24,076 bases of DNA from Myxococcota bacterium (lineage in GTDB: Bacteria; Myxococcota_A; UBA796; SXON01), in assembly GCA_040386535.1 (NCBI GenBank), contig JAZKFH010000026.1:54062-78137 (forward strand). The letters are read 5' to 3'. The translations under genes and the position numbers were made by a program. Under the pieces are notes generated by a model, which was not told the origin of the DNA, did not search any database, and worked only from the letters and a program-made list of their open reading frames with translations. Below, one piece after another: positions 1 through 8,281 of the stretch (position 1 is its first letter; each line of letters begins with the position of its first letter).

Positions 1-194
1 GCCAAGAGTGCCACCCCCTGCCGCCAAGGCCCCCTACTCTTGGCCGGTCTGGGGCAGCGCGCGAGGCCCGCGCCCCCGCCCGGAACCGAGCAACGCCGAC
101 AATCTCGACACCTGCGTCGGCGGGGCGCCGAGGAACCCCGCGAAACCGGCCAAGAGTGCCACCCCCTGCCGCCAAGGCCCCCTGATCTTGGCCG
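1..194. repeat. Two direct copies (1-46 and 149-194) of a 46-bp unit with terminal inverted repeats, REP-like
   Basis: gccaagagtgccaccccctgccgccaaggccccct(ac/ga)tcttggccg, 44/46 identical, 148 bp apart. Each copy is closed by GCCAAGA...TCTTGGC. The array may continue left of the window. Confidence 0.9.
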
Positions 195-288
195 CCACGC
201 GCTCCCCGAGGGCCAATCATCCCAGATGCCCCCCGATCCCTGGCGCCACCCCCTCGCCCACCCGCGGCGCAGAACCGCACAACACCCC

Positions 289-412
289 GCGCGAGGGCTC
301 CGCAAGGCGGCCGCGTCCGCGCGGCCGGTCCCGCCCGGTCCGCCGGGCGGACCAAGGCCGCAGGCCGCGCCTGGAGGAGCCCGGCCCTGGCGTCCGCGCC
401 AGGGACGCGCCC
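289..412 (-). repeat. Dispersed structured element, copy A (124 bp)
   Basis: Minus strand reads GGGCGCG-T-CCCTGGCG(CGGA)CGCCAGGG-CC-GGGCTCC-TCC-AGGC...GCCT-TGC-GGAGCCC-T-CGCGC. It aligns with copies B, C and D by hand. Confidence 0.85.
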
Positions 413-452
413 CCGTTGCCATGAAAATACGCCTCGATCTCCGCAAGCGGGG

Positions 453-1646
453 TCACGTCCCCGACGGCCCCGCCACCGACACCTCACCCCCCGCCGGCGC
501 GAGCGCCAGCTGGCCCCCCTCGGCCCCCACGAGCGTGACGCGGCCGATGCCGTCGTGGTCCAGGCGCGCGCGGATGCGAGCATGCGCGTCACGGGCCGCC
601 GCGCGGAGCTCGTTGGTGTGTCCCTTGCCGTTCTCGATTGCCTGCAGAAACTCGACCTCGGCGCGTCCTCCCAGTTGGCCCACCGCCTGGACGAGCTCGA
701 ACCAAGTCTCCTCGGGTGGCACTCCGATCCGCGCGGCCACCGTGCCGAGGAGCTCCGTCCATCCGCCGACCCGGATGGCGTCCAGGGCACGGCGGATCGC
801 CTCGGGGTCGTGCGTGCGGGCCAACACGTCGGCGACGACCGCGCGGTCGCCGAGGGCGCGGGCGGCGATCACGCGCACCACGGGGTCGGGGTCGGCGAGG
901 CCCTCCGGCGCGACGGCGGCGAGCCCGCTCGGGAGGTGATCGGCGAGGGTCCGCCACGCGTCGATCCGCCGGCGGCTCGGTGCACCGCGGGCCTCCGCCT
1001 GGATGCGCGCGATCGCGTCCTGATCCGCGGCGCGTTTGGCCGCCACCACGCCCTCCATGTCCGTGAGCAGGCGGCCCACGCGCGAGTGGGTCAACCAGGC
1101 CTTCGTCGCGACGAGCAGCACGCCGTCCTCGATGCGCGCGTCCTCTCCGGCGAGCACGCCCTCATAGCGACGGGGCCCGACCCGGCCGACGCTGGCCTCC
1201 GCGCGCGGCACGGCCGCCGAGAACACGTGGATGCGGCGGTCGAGCAGGCGGCGGCCCCTTCCATCGGTGCGGCGCTCGACGTGCATCTCCGTCGTGCCGA
1301 CGACGAAGCGCCATCGTCCGTCGCCCACCTGCTCGCCGGCGTGCTCGCGCAGCGCCCGTGCCTCCCGCGCGTGGACGCGCCAGACCGCGAGCTGGGCGAC
1401 CATCGGCACCCCCCCGAGCAGGGCCCACGCGGCGGCCTCGAGGATCGCCATCACCGGAATCACGCCCCATCCGAAGCCGAAGGGCAGGGTGACCGCCGCG
1501 GCGACGCCCACCAGGACGAACCACCAGCCGCCCAGGATCACGGCGACGCCCAACGGCGTGCGGAGACGCGCGAACACCACGAGCCCCGCGAGCCCGAGGA
1601 GGCAGACGAGGGAGAGCAGGACGCCCGCGAGGAGGACAAGCTCCAT
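453..1646 (-). CDS. Hypothetical membrane protein: about 3 N-terminal TM helices and a C-terminal HEAT-like helical region
   Basis: 397-aa ORF with hydrophobic N-terminal segments and the HEAT-like motif 'LADPDPVVRVIAARALG'. It lies 25 bp downstream of the co-oriented radical SAM gene. Confidence 0.75.
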   Translation of the reverse strand: MELVLLAGVLLSLVCLLGLAGLVVFARLRTPLGVAVILGGWWFVLVGVAAAVTLPFGFGWGVIPVMAILEAAAWALLGGVPMVAQLAVWRVHAREARALREHAGEQVGDGRWRFVVGTTEMHVERRTDGRGRRLLDRRIHVFSAAVPRAEASVGRVGPRRYEGVLAGEDARIEDGVLLVATKAWLTHSRVGRLLTDMEGVVAAKRAADQDAIARIQAEARGAPSRRRIDAWRTLADHLPSGLAAVAPEGLADPDPVVRVIAARALGDRAVVADVLARTHDPEAIRRALDAIRVGGWTELLGTVAARIGVPPEETWFELVQAVGQLGGRAEVEFLQAIENGKGHTNELRAAARDAHARIRARLDHDGIGRVTLVGAEGGQLALAPAGGEVSVAGPSGT

Positions 1647-1671
1647 CGCGCCATCTACCCGATCCTACCCC

Positions 1672-3165
1672 TCAGACCGTCGCCCCCTCCCACCCCCGCC
1701 ACGGCCGCTCCGTCGCGTCCTCGGCCGCCTTGAACGCCTTCTTCCACGCGGCGAAGTTGCCGCCGCCGTGCACGGCCTCGATCGTGATGTGGCCGCCGGC
1801 CTGGCCCGCGGAGGCCAGCTTGTGCTCGACCCACGCCCAACGCGCGGAGGTGGGCCGCACCTCGGCCCGGGAGCCGCGCAGGCCCGCGGTGATGCGCGCC
1901 AGGCGGGCCTCCACGACAGGGATGCCCGCGAACACGGCGCCGTCGAGCGGCGTGTTGCGTTTTGGCACGAACGGCGCGATGCCGAGCGCCACGTGGTGAA
2001 TGGCGGCGAGCTGCCGCGTGAACGTGATGAGTTCCTCGATGTCGTCGTCCTGCTCGTCGGGCACGCCCACCATCATGTAGACCTTGAGCGTGCGGTACTT
2101 GTGCAGCCGCGCGGCCTCGGCGCAGGCGAGCAGGTGGGCCTCGGTCGTGCCCTTCATGATGGTGCGGCGCAGGCGCTGCGACGCGGCGTCACTCGCGACG
2201 GTCAGCGTCTTGTAGCCGCCCTCCCGCAGCAGGCGCGGGATGTCGGGCTTGAGCGCCACCCGGTCCGCCCGCAGCGACGAGATGCCGATGCCCTTCCCCG
2301 CGGCGACGAGGGACTGCAGGAGGCCCACCAGCTGCGGATGATCCGAGATCGCGGCGCCGACGAGGCCGACACGCGGCGCATCCTCGGGGACGTAGGACAG
2401 GAGCGCCTCGGGCGGCACCAGGCGCATGCCGCCGTTCGTGCTGCGCCGCATCACGCAGAAGGTGCACGCGCGGTGGCAGCCACGCTCGCCTTCGAGCAGG
2501 AACATGTCGTGCAACTCGGTGTCCGGCGACCGGATGCGCGAGCGCGCGGGGAGGTGCGTGTCGTCCGCGCGGCCGACCGGGGGGAGGTGCTCGCCCATCG
2601 TGGCCGGGAGCCAGCCCCCCGGCAGGTCCGCCACGTGGTCGAACCGCCCCGTCCGGAAGAAGCCCTCGACCGCGGGGACCACGGTGTCGTCGGCCTCGCC
2701 GAGCAGCACCGCGTCGGCGAAGGGGCCGATGGGCAGCGGGTTCGAGAAGGTGAGCGGCCCGCCGATGAGGATCTTGGGGTGCCCCGGCGTGCGGTCGGCG
2801 CGGAGGGGCGGGATGCCGGCGAGCTCGAGGATCTCGACGAGGCCGGCCAGCTCGAGCTCGTAGGCCACGCTGAACGCGAGGACCGGAAACTGGCCGAGGG
2901 CGGTGTGGGTCTCCATCGAGATGGGGCGCATCTTGGAGGTGCGCCACGCCTCGACGTCGTCTGGCAGGAACACACGCTCGACCGAGAACCCCGCGTCCGC
3001 CAGCAACCCGGCGATCCACTGGAAACCGAGCGAGGACATGCCCGCCCGGTACGGCGACGGGTACACCATCGCCACCCGCTGCGAACCGGGGGCGTAGAAC
3101 GGCGGCCCACGCTCCGCCGCGAGGCGGGCGCGGAGGGCCTCTTTGAGGGTCCACGCGGTCGACAC
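1672..3165 (-). CDS. Radical SAM protein with N-terminal B12-binding-like domain (COG1032/TIGR03960-like, function unknown)
   Basis: CxxxCxxC motif 'RGCHRACTFC'. The N-terminal motifs 'YPSPYRAGMSSLGFQ', 'FSVAYELE', 'IGGP..FSNPLP' and later 'FVPKRNTPL' are typical of this family. GTG start. Confidence 0.9.
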   Translation of the reverse strand: MSTAWTLKEALRARLAAERGPPFYAPGSQRVAMVYPSPYRAGMSSLGFQWIAGLLADAGFSVERVFLPDDVEAWRTSKMRPISMETHTALGQFPVLAFSVAYELELAGLVEILELAGIPPLRADRTPGHPKILIGGPLTFSNPLPIGPFADAVLLGEADDTVVPAVEGFFRTGRFDHVADLPGGWLPATMGEHLPPVGRADDTHLPARSRIRSPDTELHDMFLLEGERGCHRACTFCVMRRSTNGGMRLVPPEALLSYVPEDAPRVGLVGAAISDHPQLVGLLQSLVAAGKGIGISSLRADRVALKPDIPRLLREGGYKTLTVASDAASQRLRRTIMKGTTEAHLLACAEAARLHKYRTLKVYMMVGVPDEQDDDIEELITFTRQLAAIHHVALGIAPFVPKRNTPLDGAVFAGIPVVEARLARITAGLRGSRAEVRPTSARWAWVEHKLASAGQAGGHITIEAVHGGGNFAAWKKAFKAAEDATERPWRGWEGATV

Positions 3166-3274
3166 GAGGGGCGTTTAGCACGGTGGGGGGGCCGGATGCG
3201 TGCCCGTGCGGGTGTCCGCGGGGACCAGAACGGGAGATCGGGGGAGGATTGTCGTCCGTGTCGGGGGCGCCTCG

Positions 3275-3416
3275 GGGCGCGTCCCGGGCGCGGACGCCCG
3301 GGCCGGGCCTCTACGGGGTTCGGCCTGCGGCCTTCGTTCGCGCTCACCGGCTAGCGCCGGGACGCGCGGAACCACGCGGCCGCTCCGCGCCCGCGTGCCC
3401 TCCGAGCCCCTCGCGC
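3275..3416 (+). repeat. Dispersed structured element, copy B (142 bp)
   Basis: GGGCGCG-T-CCCGGGCG(CGGA)CGCCCGGG-CC-GGGCCTC-TAC-GGG...CCC-TCC-GAGCCCC-T-CGCGC. The first ~65 nt closely match copy A, including a T-A to G-C compensatory change. Confidence 0.85.
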
Positions 3417-3460
3417 ACGGCCCTGGCGATGAGCGGTCCCGAAAGGGTTAACTTCCCGCG

Positions 3461-4231
3461 ATGCCGACCCGCGCCGCCGCGCTCCTCCCCTTCCTGCTCG
3501 CGCTCGCGTGGGCGCCCGCGGCGCGCGCGGGGGACTCGCTGCCGCCGCACAAGATCACCTACGATCTGTCGCTCGACGGCAAGCCCATCGGCACCCGCGA
3601 GCTCACGATCCGCTACCTCCCGCGGGAGGACGGCGAGCGCCGCATCCTCGAGGCCTACACCGAGGCCACCGTGCTCGGGCAGGCGCTGGTGTGCCGGTCC
3701 AGCGGCCAGTCGAGCCCGCGCGGCGCCTCGTTCACGAGCGCGATCGACCAGGGCGGCGCGCTCTTCCAAGTGCAGGGCATCGAGCTCCCCGACGGCGGCT
3801 GGCGCCTGATCGTAGAGGACGGCGCCGGCGTGAAGGAGACCACGCTCGCCAAGGCCCAGGTGCGCCTCACCAGCCTCGACCTGCTCGATCCCGGTCGCAC
3901 CGCCCTGCTCGCGGGCGGCGGCGAGCTCACGCTCGTGCTCGTAGAGACGGGGACGATCCTCACCGGCACGCTCGACCAGGGCACCGCCGGCACCACCAAG
4001 GTGGCGGGCAAGAAGGTCGAGGTGACCCGCTACACCGCGACCGGCTCCGGGGTCGGCGGCGGCAGCGCGAAGTTCGACGTGGACGCGAGCGGCCTGCTCG
4101 TCAAGTCCGAGCTCTCCTGGCTCGGCGGCACCGTGACCGCCGTGGCGCGCGAGGTCCCCGCACCCCGCAGCTACGGCACGGTCGAGACCCTCGACGCCAT
4201 CTCCCCCGGCGTCATCGAAGACGAGCTCTGA
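3461..4231 (+). CDS. Secreted hypothetical beta-rich protein (DUF6134/DUF3108-like)
   Basis: Signal peptide ending 'AARA'. 'YDLSLDGKPIG' near the mature N-terminus is typical of such families. The stop overlaps the next start (TGATG). Confidence 0.75.
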   Translation: MPTRAAALLPFLLALAWAPAARAGDSLPPHKITYDLSLDGKPIGTRELTIRYLPREDGERRILEAYTEATVLGQALVCRSSGQSSPRGASFTSAIDQGGALFQVQGIELPDGGWRLIVEDGAGVKETTLAKAQVRLTSLDLLDPGRTALLAGGGELTLVLVETGTILTGTLDQGTAGTTKVAGKKVEVTRYTATGSGVGGGSAKFDVDASGLLVKSELSWLGGTVTAVAREVPAPRSYGTVETLDAISPGVIEDEL

Positions 4232-5310
4232 TGCGCACCCTCCTCGCCCTCCTCTTCGTGCTCCCCTTCGGCTGCACGCCGACCCCCGCGGAGCCCGGGC
4301 CGGGAACGGCCGCCGCCCCTACCGGCGCAGATCCGGCCCCCTCCGCCCTCACGCCGATCCGCATCGGCTGGCAGACCACCTGGGCCACCCAGGGGCAGCT
4401 CGTGGCGGTGCTCCTCCACACCGACATCCTCGAGCAGAACGGGTTCGTGGGGGAGTTCAAGGGCTTCCCGTACGGCGGCCCGCTGAACGAGGGCGCGCTG
4501 GCCGGCGAGGTCGACGTGTTGTTCACCGCCGACCAGCCCGCGCTCTCCCTCGCGGCCAAGGCGCCCTCGTGGGGCATCGTGGGCCGGCTCATGTACAACC
4601 GCGTCGGCACGCTCGTGCCGCCGGACTCCGCGGTGCAGACCACCAAGGATCTCGCCGGCAAGCGGCTCGCGGTGCCCTTCGGCGCGGCCGCCCAGCGCGA
4701 GGCGATGCGCGCGATCGAGGGCGCAGGGCTGAACCCGAACACCGACGTGAAGGTGGTGAACCTCGGGCTCGAGGAGATCCTCGGCGTGGTGCGCGCGGGC
4801 GCGACCGGCGGGCGGTGGGGCGAGCTCGACGCGGTCGCCGTGTGGGACCCGACCTTCGCCGAGCTCGAGATCGGCGCGGAGCTCGAGGCGGACACGCGGC
4901 TGCGCACCATCGCGTCGAGCGTGGTCACCTCGGTCATCGTGATGAACGATCCGTTCGTCACCGCGCACCCGGGCGCCGACCAGCGCTTCCTCACCGCCAT
5001 GGCGATGGCGTACGACGTGTACCGCGCCGATCCCGCGCGGGCGGACGAGTGGTTCGAGACCAAGACCAAGCGCACCTACTCGGCCGGCGTGCTCACCACG
5101 GCGGCCTCGGTGGAGCCGAACCTCCAGGCGCAGGCCGCCATCCGGATGCACCTGAACGAGGCCGACGTCGCCAGCCTGACCGGGGCGGGCGCCTTCATGG
5201 AGAAGGCGGGGCTGCTCAAGGCCCCCCTCGCCGTGACCGGCGTGATCCGCCCGTCCGCGACGCAGGCGCCGCCGCTGGGTGACAGCGCCGCGGTCGCGAT
5301 CCGGCCGTAG
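4231..5310 (+). CDS. ABC transporter substrate-binding lipoprotein, SsuA/TauA/NMT1 family
   Basis: ATG at 4231 is coupled to the upstream stop. Lipoprotein signal 'MRTLLALLFVLPFGC' and motifs 'IRIGWQ', 'GGPLNEGALAGEVD', 'DLAGKRLAVPFG', 'DAVAVWDP'. The start was trimmed from the 3508 ORF. Confidence 0.9.
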   Translation: MRTLLALLFVLPFGCTPTPAEPGPGTAAAPTGADPAPSALTPIRIGWQTTWATQGQLVAVLLHTDILEQNGFVGEFKGFPYGGPLNEGALAGEVDVLFTADQPALSLAAKAPSWGIVGRLMYNRVGTLVPPDSAVQTTKDLAGKRLAVPFGAAAQREAMRAIEGAGLNPNTDVKVVNLGLEEILGVVRAGATGGRWGELDAVAVWDPTFAELEIGAELEADTRLRTIASSVVTSVIVMNDPFVTAHPGADQRFLTAMAMAYDVYRADPARADEWFETKTKRTYSAGVLTTAASVEPNLQAQAAIRMHLNEADVASLTGAGAFMEKAGLLKAPLAVTGVIRPSATQAPPLGDSAAVAIRP

Positions 5311-5374
5311 TGCGCGCGCGCCTCCCCGAACAACGGGTGTCGGCCGCGCGCCGCATCGCGACCCACGCGCGTTC

Positions 5375-6112
5375 GTGAACCGCACCTTCGCCACCTTCGC
5401 CGCCGTGCTCGTGGGGCTCCTCCTGTGGGAGGGCGTGGCCCGCGCGTTGGCGTCGCCCGTGTTCCCGCCGGCGTCCCAGGTGGCGGCGTTCGCGGTGATG
5501 ATGGTGCGCGAGGGCGGGCTCGGGGAGGACATCGCCACGAGCGTCAGCCGGGTGCTTGTCGGCTTCACGCTCGCCGCGGTCACAGGGGTCGGGCTCGGCG
5601 GGCTCGTGGCGCTCGGCGGGGGCGTCGGCGCCGGCGTGCTCGGCGCGGTGCAGCTGTTGCGGCCGATCCCGCCCATCGCGTGGGTGCCGCTCGCCATCCT
5701 GTGGTGCGGCCTGGGCGACAAGAGCGCGTGGTTCATCGTCTTCATCGGCGCGTTCTTTCCCATCTTCACGCAGGTGGCGTGGGCGTTGGCGGGCACGCCG
5801 GCGCCGTTCCTCGAGCTCGGGCAGAGCCTGGGCGCGAGCCGCTGGATCGTCTTGTTGCGCATCCGTTTCCCCGCCGCCGCGCCGGGCGTGCTCGCGGGGC
5901 TGCGCACCGGGCTCGGCCTCGCGTGGACCAGCGTGGTGGCCGCCGAGCTCGTGGGCGCCCAGAGCGGCCTCGGCTACCGCATCCAGATGCACCGCCTCGT
6001 GTTGGAGACGGACGGCGTGCTGGTCGGCATGGCGTGTATCGGCGCCCTCGGGTTCGGCATGGATTTGGTGGCGCGGCGCGCGGAGCGCTGGGTCGTCGCG
6101 AGGACCACGTGA
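5375..6112 (+). CDS. ABC transporter permease, SsuC/TauC family
   Basis: 'LLRPIPPIAWVPLAILW', EAA-like loop 'ELGQSLGASRW' and 'WTSVVAAELVGAQSGLGY'. The in-frame GTG at 5375 was chosen as start. Confidence 0.92.
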   Translation: MNRTFATFAAVLVGLLLWEGVARALASPVFPPASQVAAFAVMMVREGGLGEDIATSVSRVLVGFTLAAVTGVGLGGLVALGGGVGAGVLGAVQLLRPIPPIAWVPLAILWCGLGDKSAWFIVFIGAFFPIFTQVAWALAGTPAPFLELGQSLGASRWIVLLRIRFPAAAPGVLAGLRTGLGLAWTSVVAAELVGAQSGLGYRIQMHRLVLETDGVLVGMACIGALGFGMDLVARRAERWVVARTT

Positions 6113-6837
6113 TCCGCGTCGACGGCGTGCGCTTCGGCTTCACCGAGCCGCTCCTGGACGGGCTCTCCTTCGAGGTCCCCGCGGGCTCCGTCACCGCGGT
6201 GCTCGGGCCCTCCGGCTCGGGAAAGTCGACCATCCTGCGGCTCGTGGCGGGCCTGCTGGCCCCCGAGGCCGGCCGCGTCGAGCGCCCCCCCGCCTCGCCC
6301 GGCCGCGCCGCGATGAGCCTCGTGTTCCAGGACCCGCGGCTCCTCCCGTGGATGACCGTCGAGGGCAACGTGCACTTCGCCTTGGAGGCGGCCGGCGTGC
6401 CCCGCGCGGAGTGGGCCGCGCGCTCGGGCCCGCTGCTCGAGCGGGTGGGCCTCGGCGCCGCCACGAAGCTGCGCCCCGCCGCCCTCTCCGGCGGCATGGC
6501 CCAACGCGCCGCGCTCGTCCGCGCGCTCGCCCTGCGGCCGCACGTGCTGCTGCTGGACGAGCCCTTCGCCGCGGTCGACCCCCTGCTCCGCGAGGACCTC
6601 CAGACGGCCCTGCAGGACCTCCTGGCGGGGCTCGACACCACCGTCCTGCTCGTCACCCACGACATCGTGGAGGCCCTGATGCTGGCCCACCGCGTGCTCG
6701 TGGTGGTGGGGCGGCCAGTGCGCGTCGCCGCTGCCCTCGACGTCGGCCTGCCAGGGCCCCGGGGTGTGGACGCGCGCTCCTCGGAAGAGGTGTTGGCGCT
6801 CACGCGGGCGGTGCGGGGGGCATTGGGAGCACGCTGA
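6109..6837 (+). CDS. ABC transporter ATP-binding protein, SsuB/TauB family
   Basis: Walker A GPSGSGKST, signature LSGGM, Walker B LLLDEPF and H-loop VTHD. GTGA overlap with the permease stop. Confidence 0.95.
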   Translation: MIRVDGVRFGFTEPLLDGLSFEVPAGSVTAVLGPSGSGKSTILRLVAGLLAPEAGRVERPPASPGRAAMSLVFQDPRLLPWMTVEGNVHFALEAAGVPRAEWAARSGPLLERVGLGAATKLRPAALSGGMAQRAALVRALALRPHVLLLDEPFAAVDPLLREDLQTALQDLLAGLDTTVLLVTHDIVEALMLAHRVLVVVGRPVRVAAALDVGLPGPRGVDARSSEEVLALTRAVRGALGAR

Positions 6838-6863
6838 TTTTCCTGTCGTGCCCGGCAGGGAAA
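6838..6863 (+). terminator. Hairpin immediately after the ABC operon (possible terminator or 3' stabiliser)
   Basis: TTTTCCTGTCG-TGCC-CGGCAGGGAAA forms an 11-bp stem with 2 G-U pairs right after the stop. There is no U-tract on the + strand. Confidence 0.35.
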
Positions 6864-7082
6864 CCGATGGTTACAAATCGCCGGTTTTCCTAGCACCGGT
6901 GCCTGGACCGTTCGCGAACGGGTGCACATCCAAGAGCATGGCGGAAATATCTTACCGCCCTTGGAGGCTGTGTCCTCCAAGCCGAATGCTATGAAACCGT
7001 CAGACCCCTCAAGAGCCGATTGTCCGGTTCCAGGCGTCCGAAGGCCTCGCCCCGGAGGCCCAAGCCACCAAGGAGAAAGCCC

Positions 7083-7559
7083 GTGAATCGTCACGTACTC
7101 TTCAGTCTTGTCCTCTCCGCCGGTACGCTCACCCTCGCCGGCTGCCAGGACGAGATCGACACCCCGCGTGAAGCCGCGCACGGCGACGCGAAGCCGCACG
7201 ATGGGAAGCCCCACGATGCCACGCCCCACGACGGCGACCGGAACGACGTTCCGGCGGCCGCGACCGCGGACAACACCGCTCGCAACGAGCGCGACCGCGA
7301 CGGCGCGACCATGACCCCGTTCGACCAGTCCGAGAGCGGGCCCGACATCGAGATCACCGCCCAGATCCGCCGCGCGGTGGTCGGCGCGGAGAACCTCTCC
7401 GCGAACGCGGACAACGTGAAGATCATGACGTCCGCGGGCGTGGTGACCTTGCGCGGCCCGGTCGCCACCGACGCGGAGAAGGCCTCGATCGAAGCCATGG
7501 CCAAGGCCGTGGCCGGCGTGACCCGCGTCGACAACCAGCTCGAAGTGGCGCCCCACTAA
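7083..7559 (+). CDS. BON-domain lipoprotein (OsmY-like)
   Basis: AGGAG at 7071-7075 precedes GTG 7083. Lipobox LAGC. BON motif 'DIEITAQIRRAV...NVKIMTSAGVVTLRGPV...GVTRVDNQLEV'. Confidence 0.92.
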   Translation: MNRHVLFSLVLSAGTLTLAGCQDEIDTPREAAHGDAKPHDGKPHDATPHDGDRNDVPAAATADNTARNERDRDGATMTPFDQSESGPDIEITAQIRRAVVGAENLSANADNVKIMTSAGVVTLRGPVATDAEKASIEAMAKAVAGVTRVDNQLEVAPH

Positions 7560-7608
7560 CGTTCCTTTCCTTTCCGCAGCACCGTTCCAATCACTCGAAG
7601 GAGTCACC

Positions 7609-8166
7609 ATGGCCAAAGCCGTCTTCTGCATCGCGTCGTCCGAGTACCAGGCCTCCCGCATCGTCGGGGATCTCAAGGCCGCCGGCTTCATCGACAACGA
7701 CATCTCCGCGCTGTTCCCCGACAAGGCGGGCTCGCGCGACTTCGCCCACGAGAACAACACCAAGGCCCCCGAGGGCGCCGCCACCGGCGCGGGCGCCGGC
7801 GGTGTGGTGGGTGGCACCCTCGGCCTGCTCGCCGGCATCGGCGCCCTGGCGATCCCGGGCATCGGCCCCTTCATCGCCGCCGGCCCGATCATGGCCGCGT
7901 TGAGCGGCGCGGCCGTCGGCGCGGCGGTGGGTGGCATCACCGGCGCCCTCGTCGGCCTCGGCATCCCCGAGCTCGAGGCGAAGGTGTACGAAGGCAAGAT
8001 CCGCGGTGGCAACATCCTCATCTCGGTCCACGCCACCGACGGCGACGAGGAGAAGGTCGCGAAGGAGATCTTCGAGCGCGCGGGCGCCACCGACATCAAG
8101 GTCGGCTCGGAGAAGGCGCCTCCCAAGGACGAGGACGCCGACCGCCTCGCGTACCGCAACGTCTGA
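7609..8166 (+). CDS. General stress membrane protein with glycine-zipper (YflT/17M-like)
   Basis: GAAGGAG RBS. 'GAATGAGAGGVVGGTLGLLAGIGALAIPGIGPFIAAGP...GALVGLGIPE.EAK.YE..I..G.IL' is characteristic of this family. Confidence 0.85.
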   Translation: MAKAVFCIASSEYQASRIVGDLKAAGFIDNDISALFPDKAGSRDFAHENNTKAPEGAATGAGAGGVVGGTLGLLAGIGALAIPGIGPFIAAGPIMAALSGAAVGAAVGGITGALVGLGIPELEAKVYEGKIRGGNILISVHATDGDEEKVAKEIFERAGATDIKVGSEKAPPKDEDADRLAYRNV

Positions 8167-8177
8167 TCGGAACGAGT

Positions 8178-8273
8178 GAGGGGGCTGCGGGGGATCTATC
8201 CCGCAGCCCCCTCCGCTCGGTGCCCTTCGGCACCTCGAAAGGGGGCCGCGGACCTGTTCCGCGGCCCCCTTTC
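8178..8273. terminator. Three tandem hairpins between convergent genes (bidirectional terminator or REP-like element)
   Basis: Perfect stems of 14 bp (8178-8191/8200-8213), 6 bp (8219-8224/8229-8234) and 16 bp (8237-8252/8258-8273). Confidence 0.7.
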
Positions 8274-8281
8274 CAATTCGG

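Noticed and set aside
8..456. Short ORFs in the first 450 bp
   Set aside because: They overlap the 46-bp repeats and element A and give low-complexity Pro/Arg translations.
6838..7082. Riboswitch or sigma54/ECF promoter upstream of the BON gene
   Set aside because: No convincing match to riboswitch cores I know, nor to correctly spaced TGGCAC-N5-TTGC or GGAAC-N16/17-CGTT.
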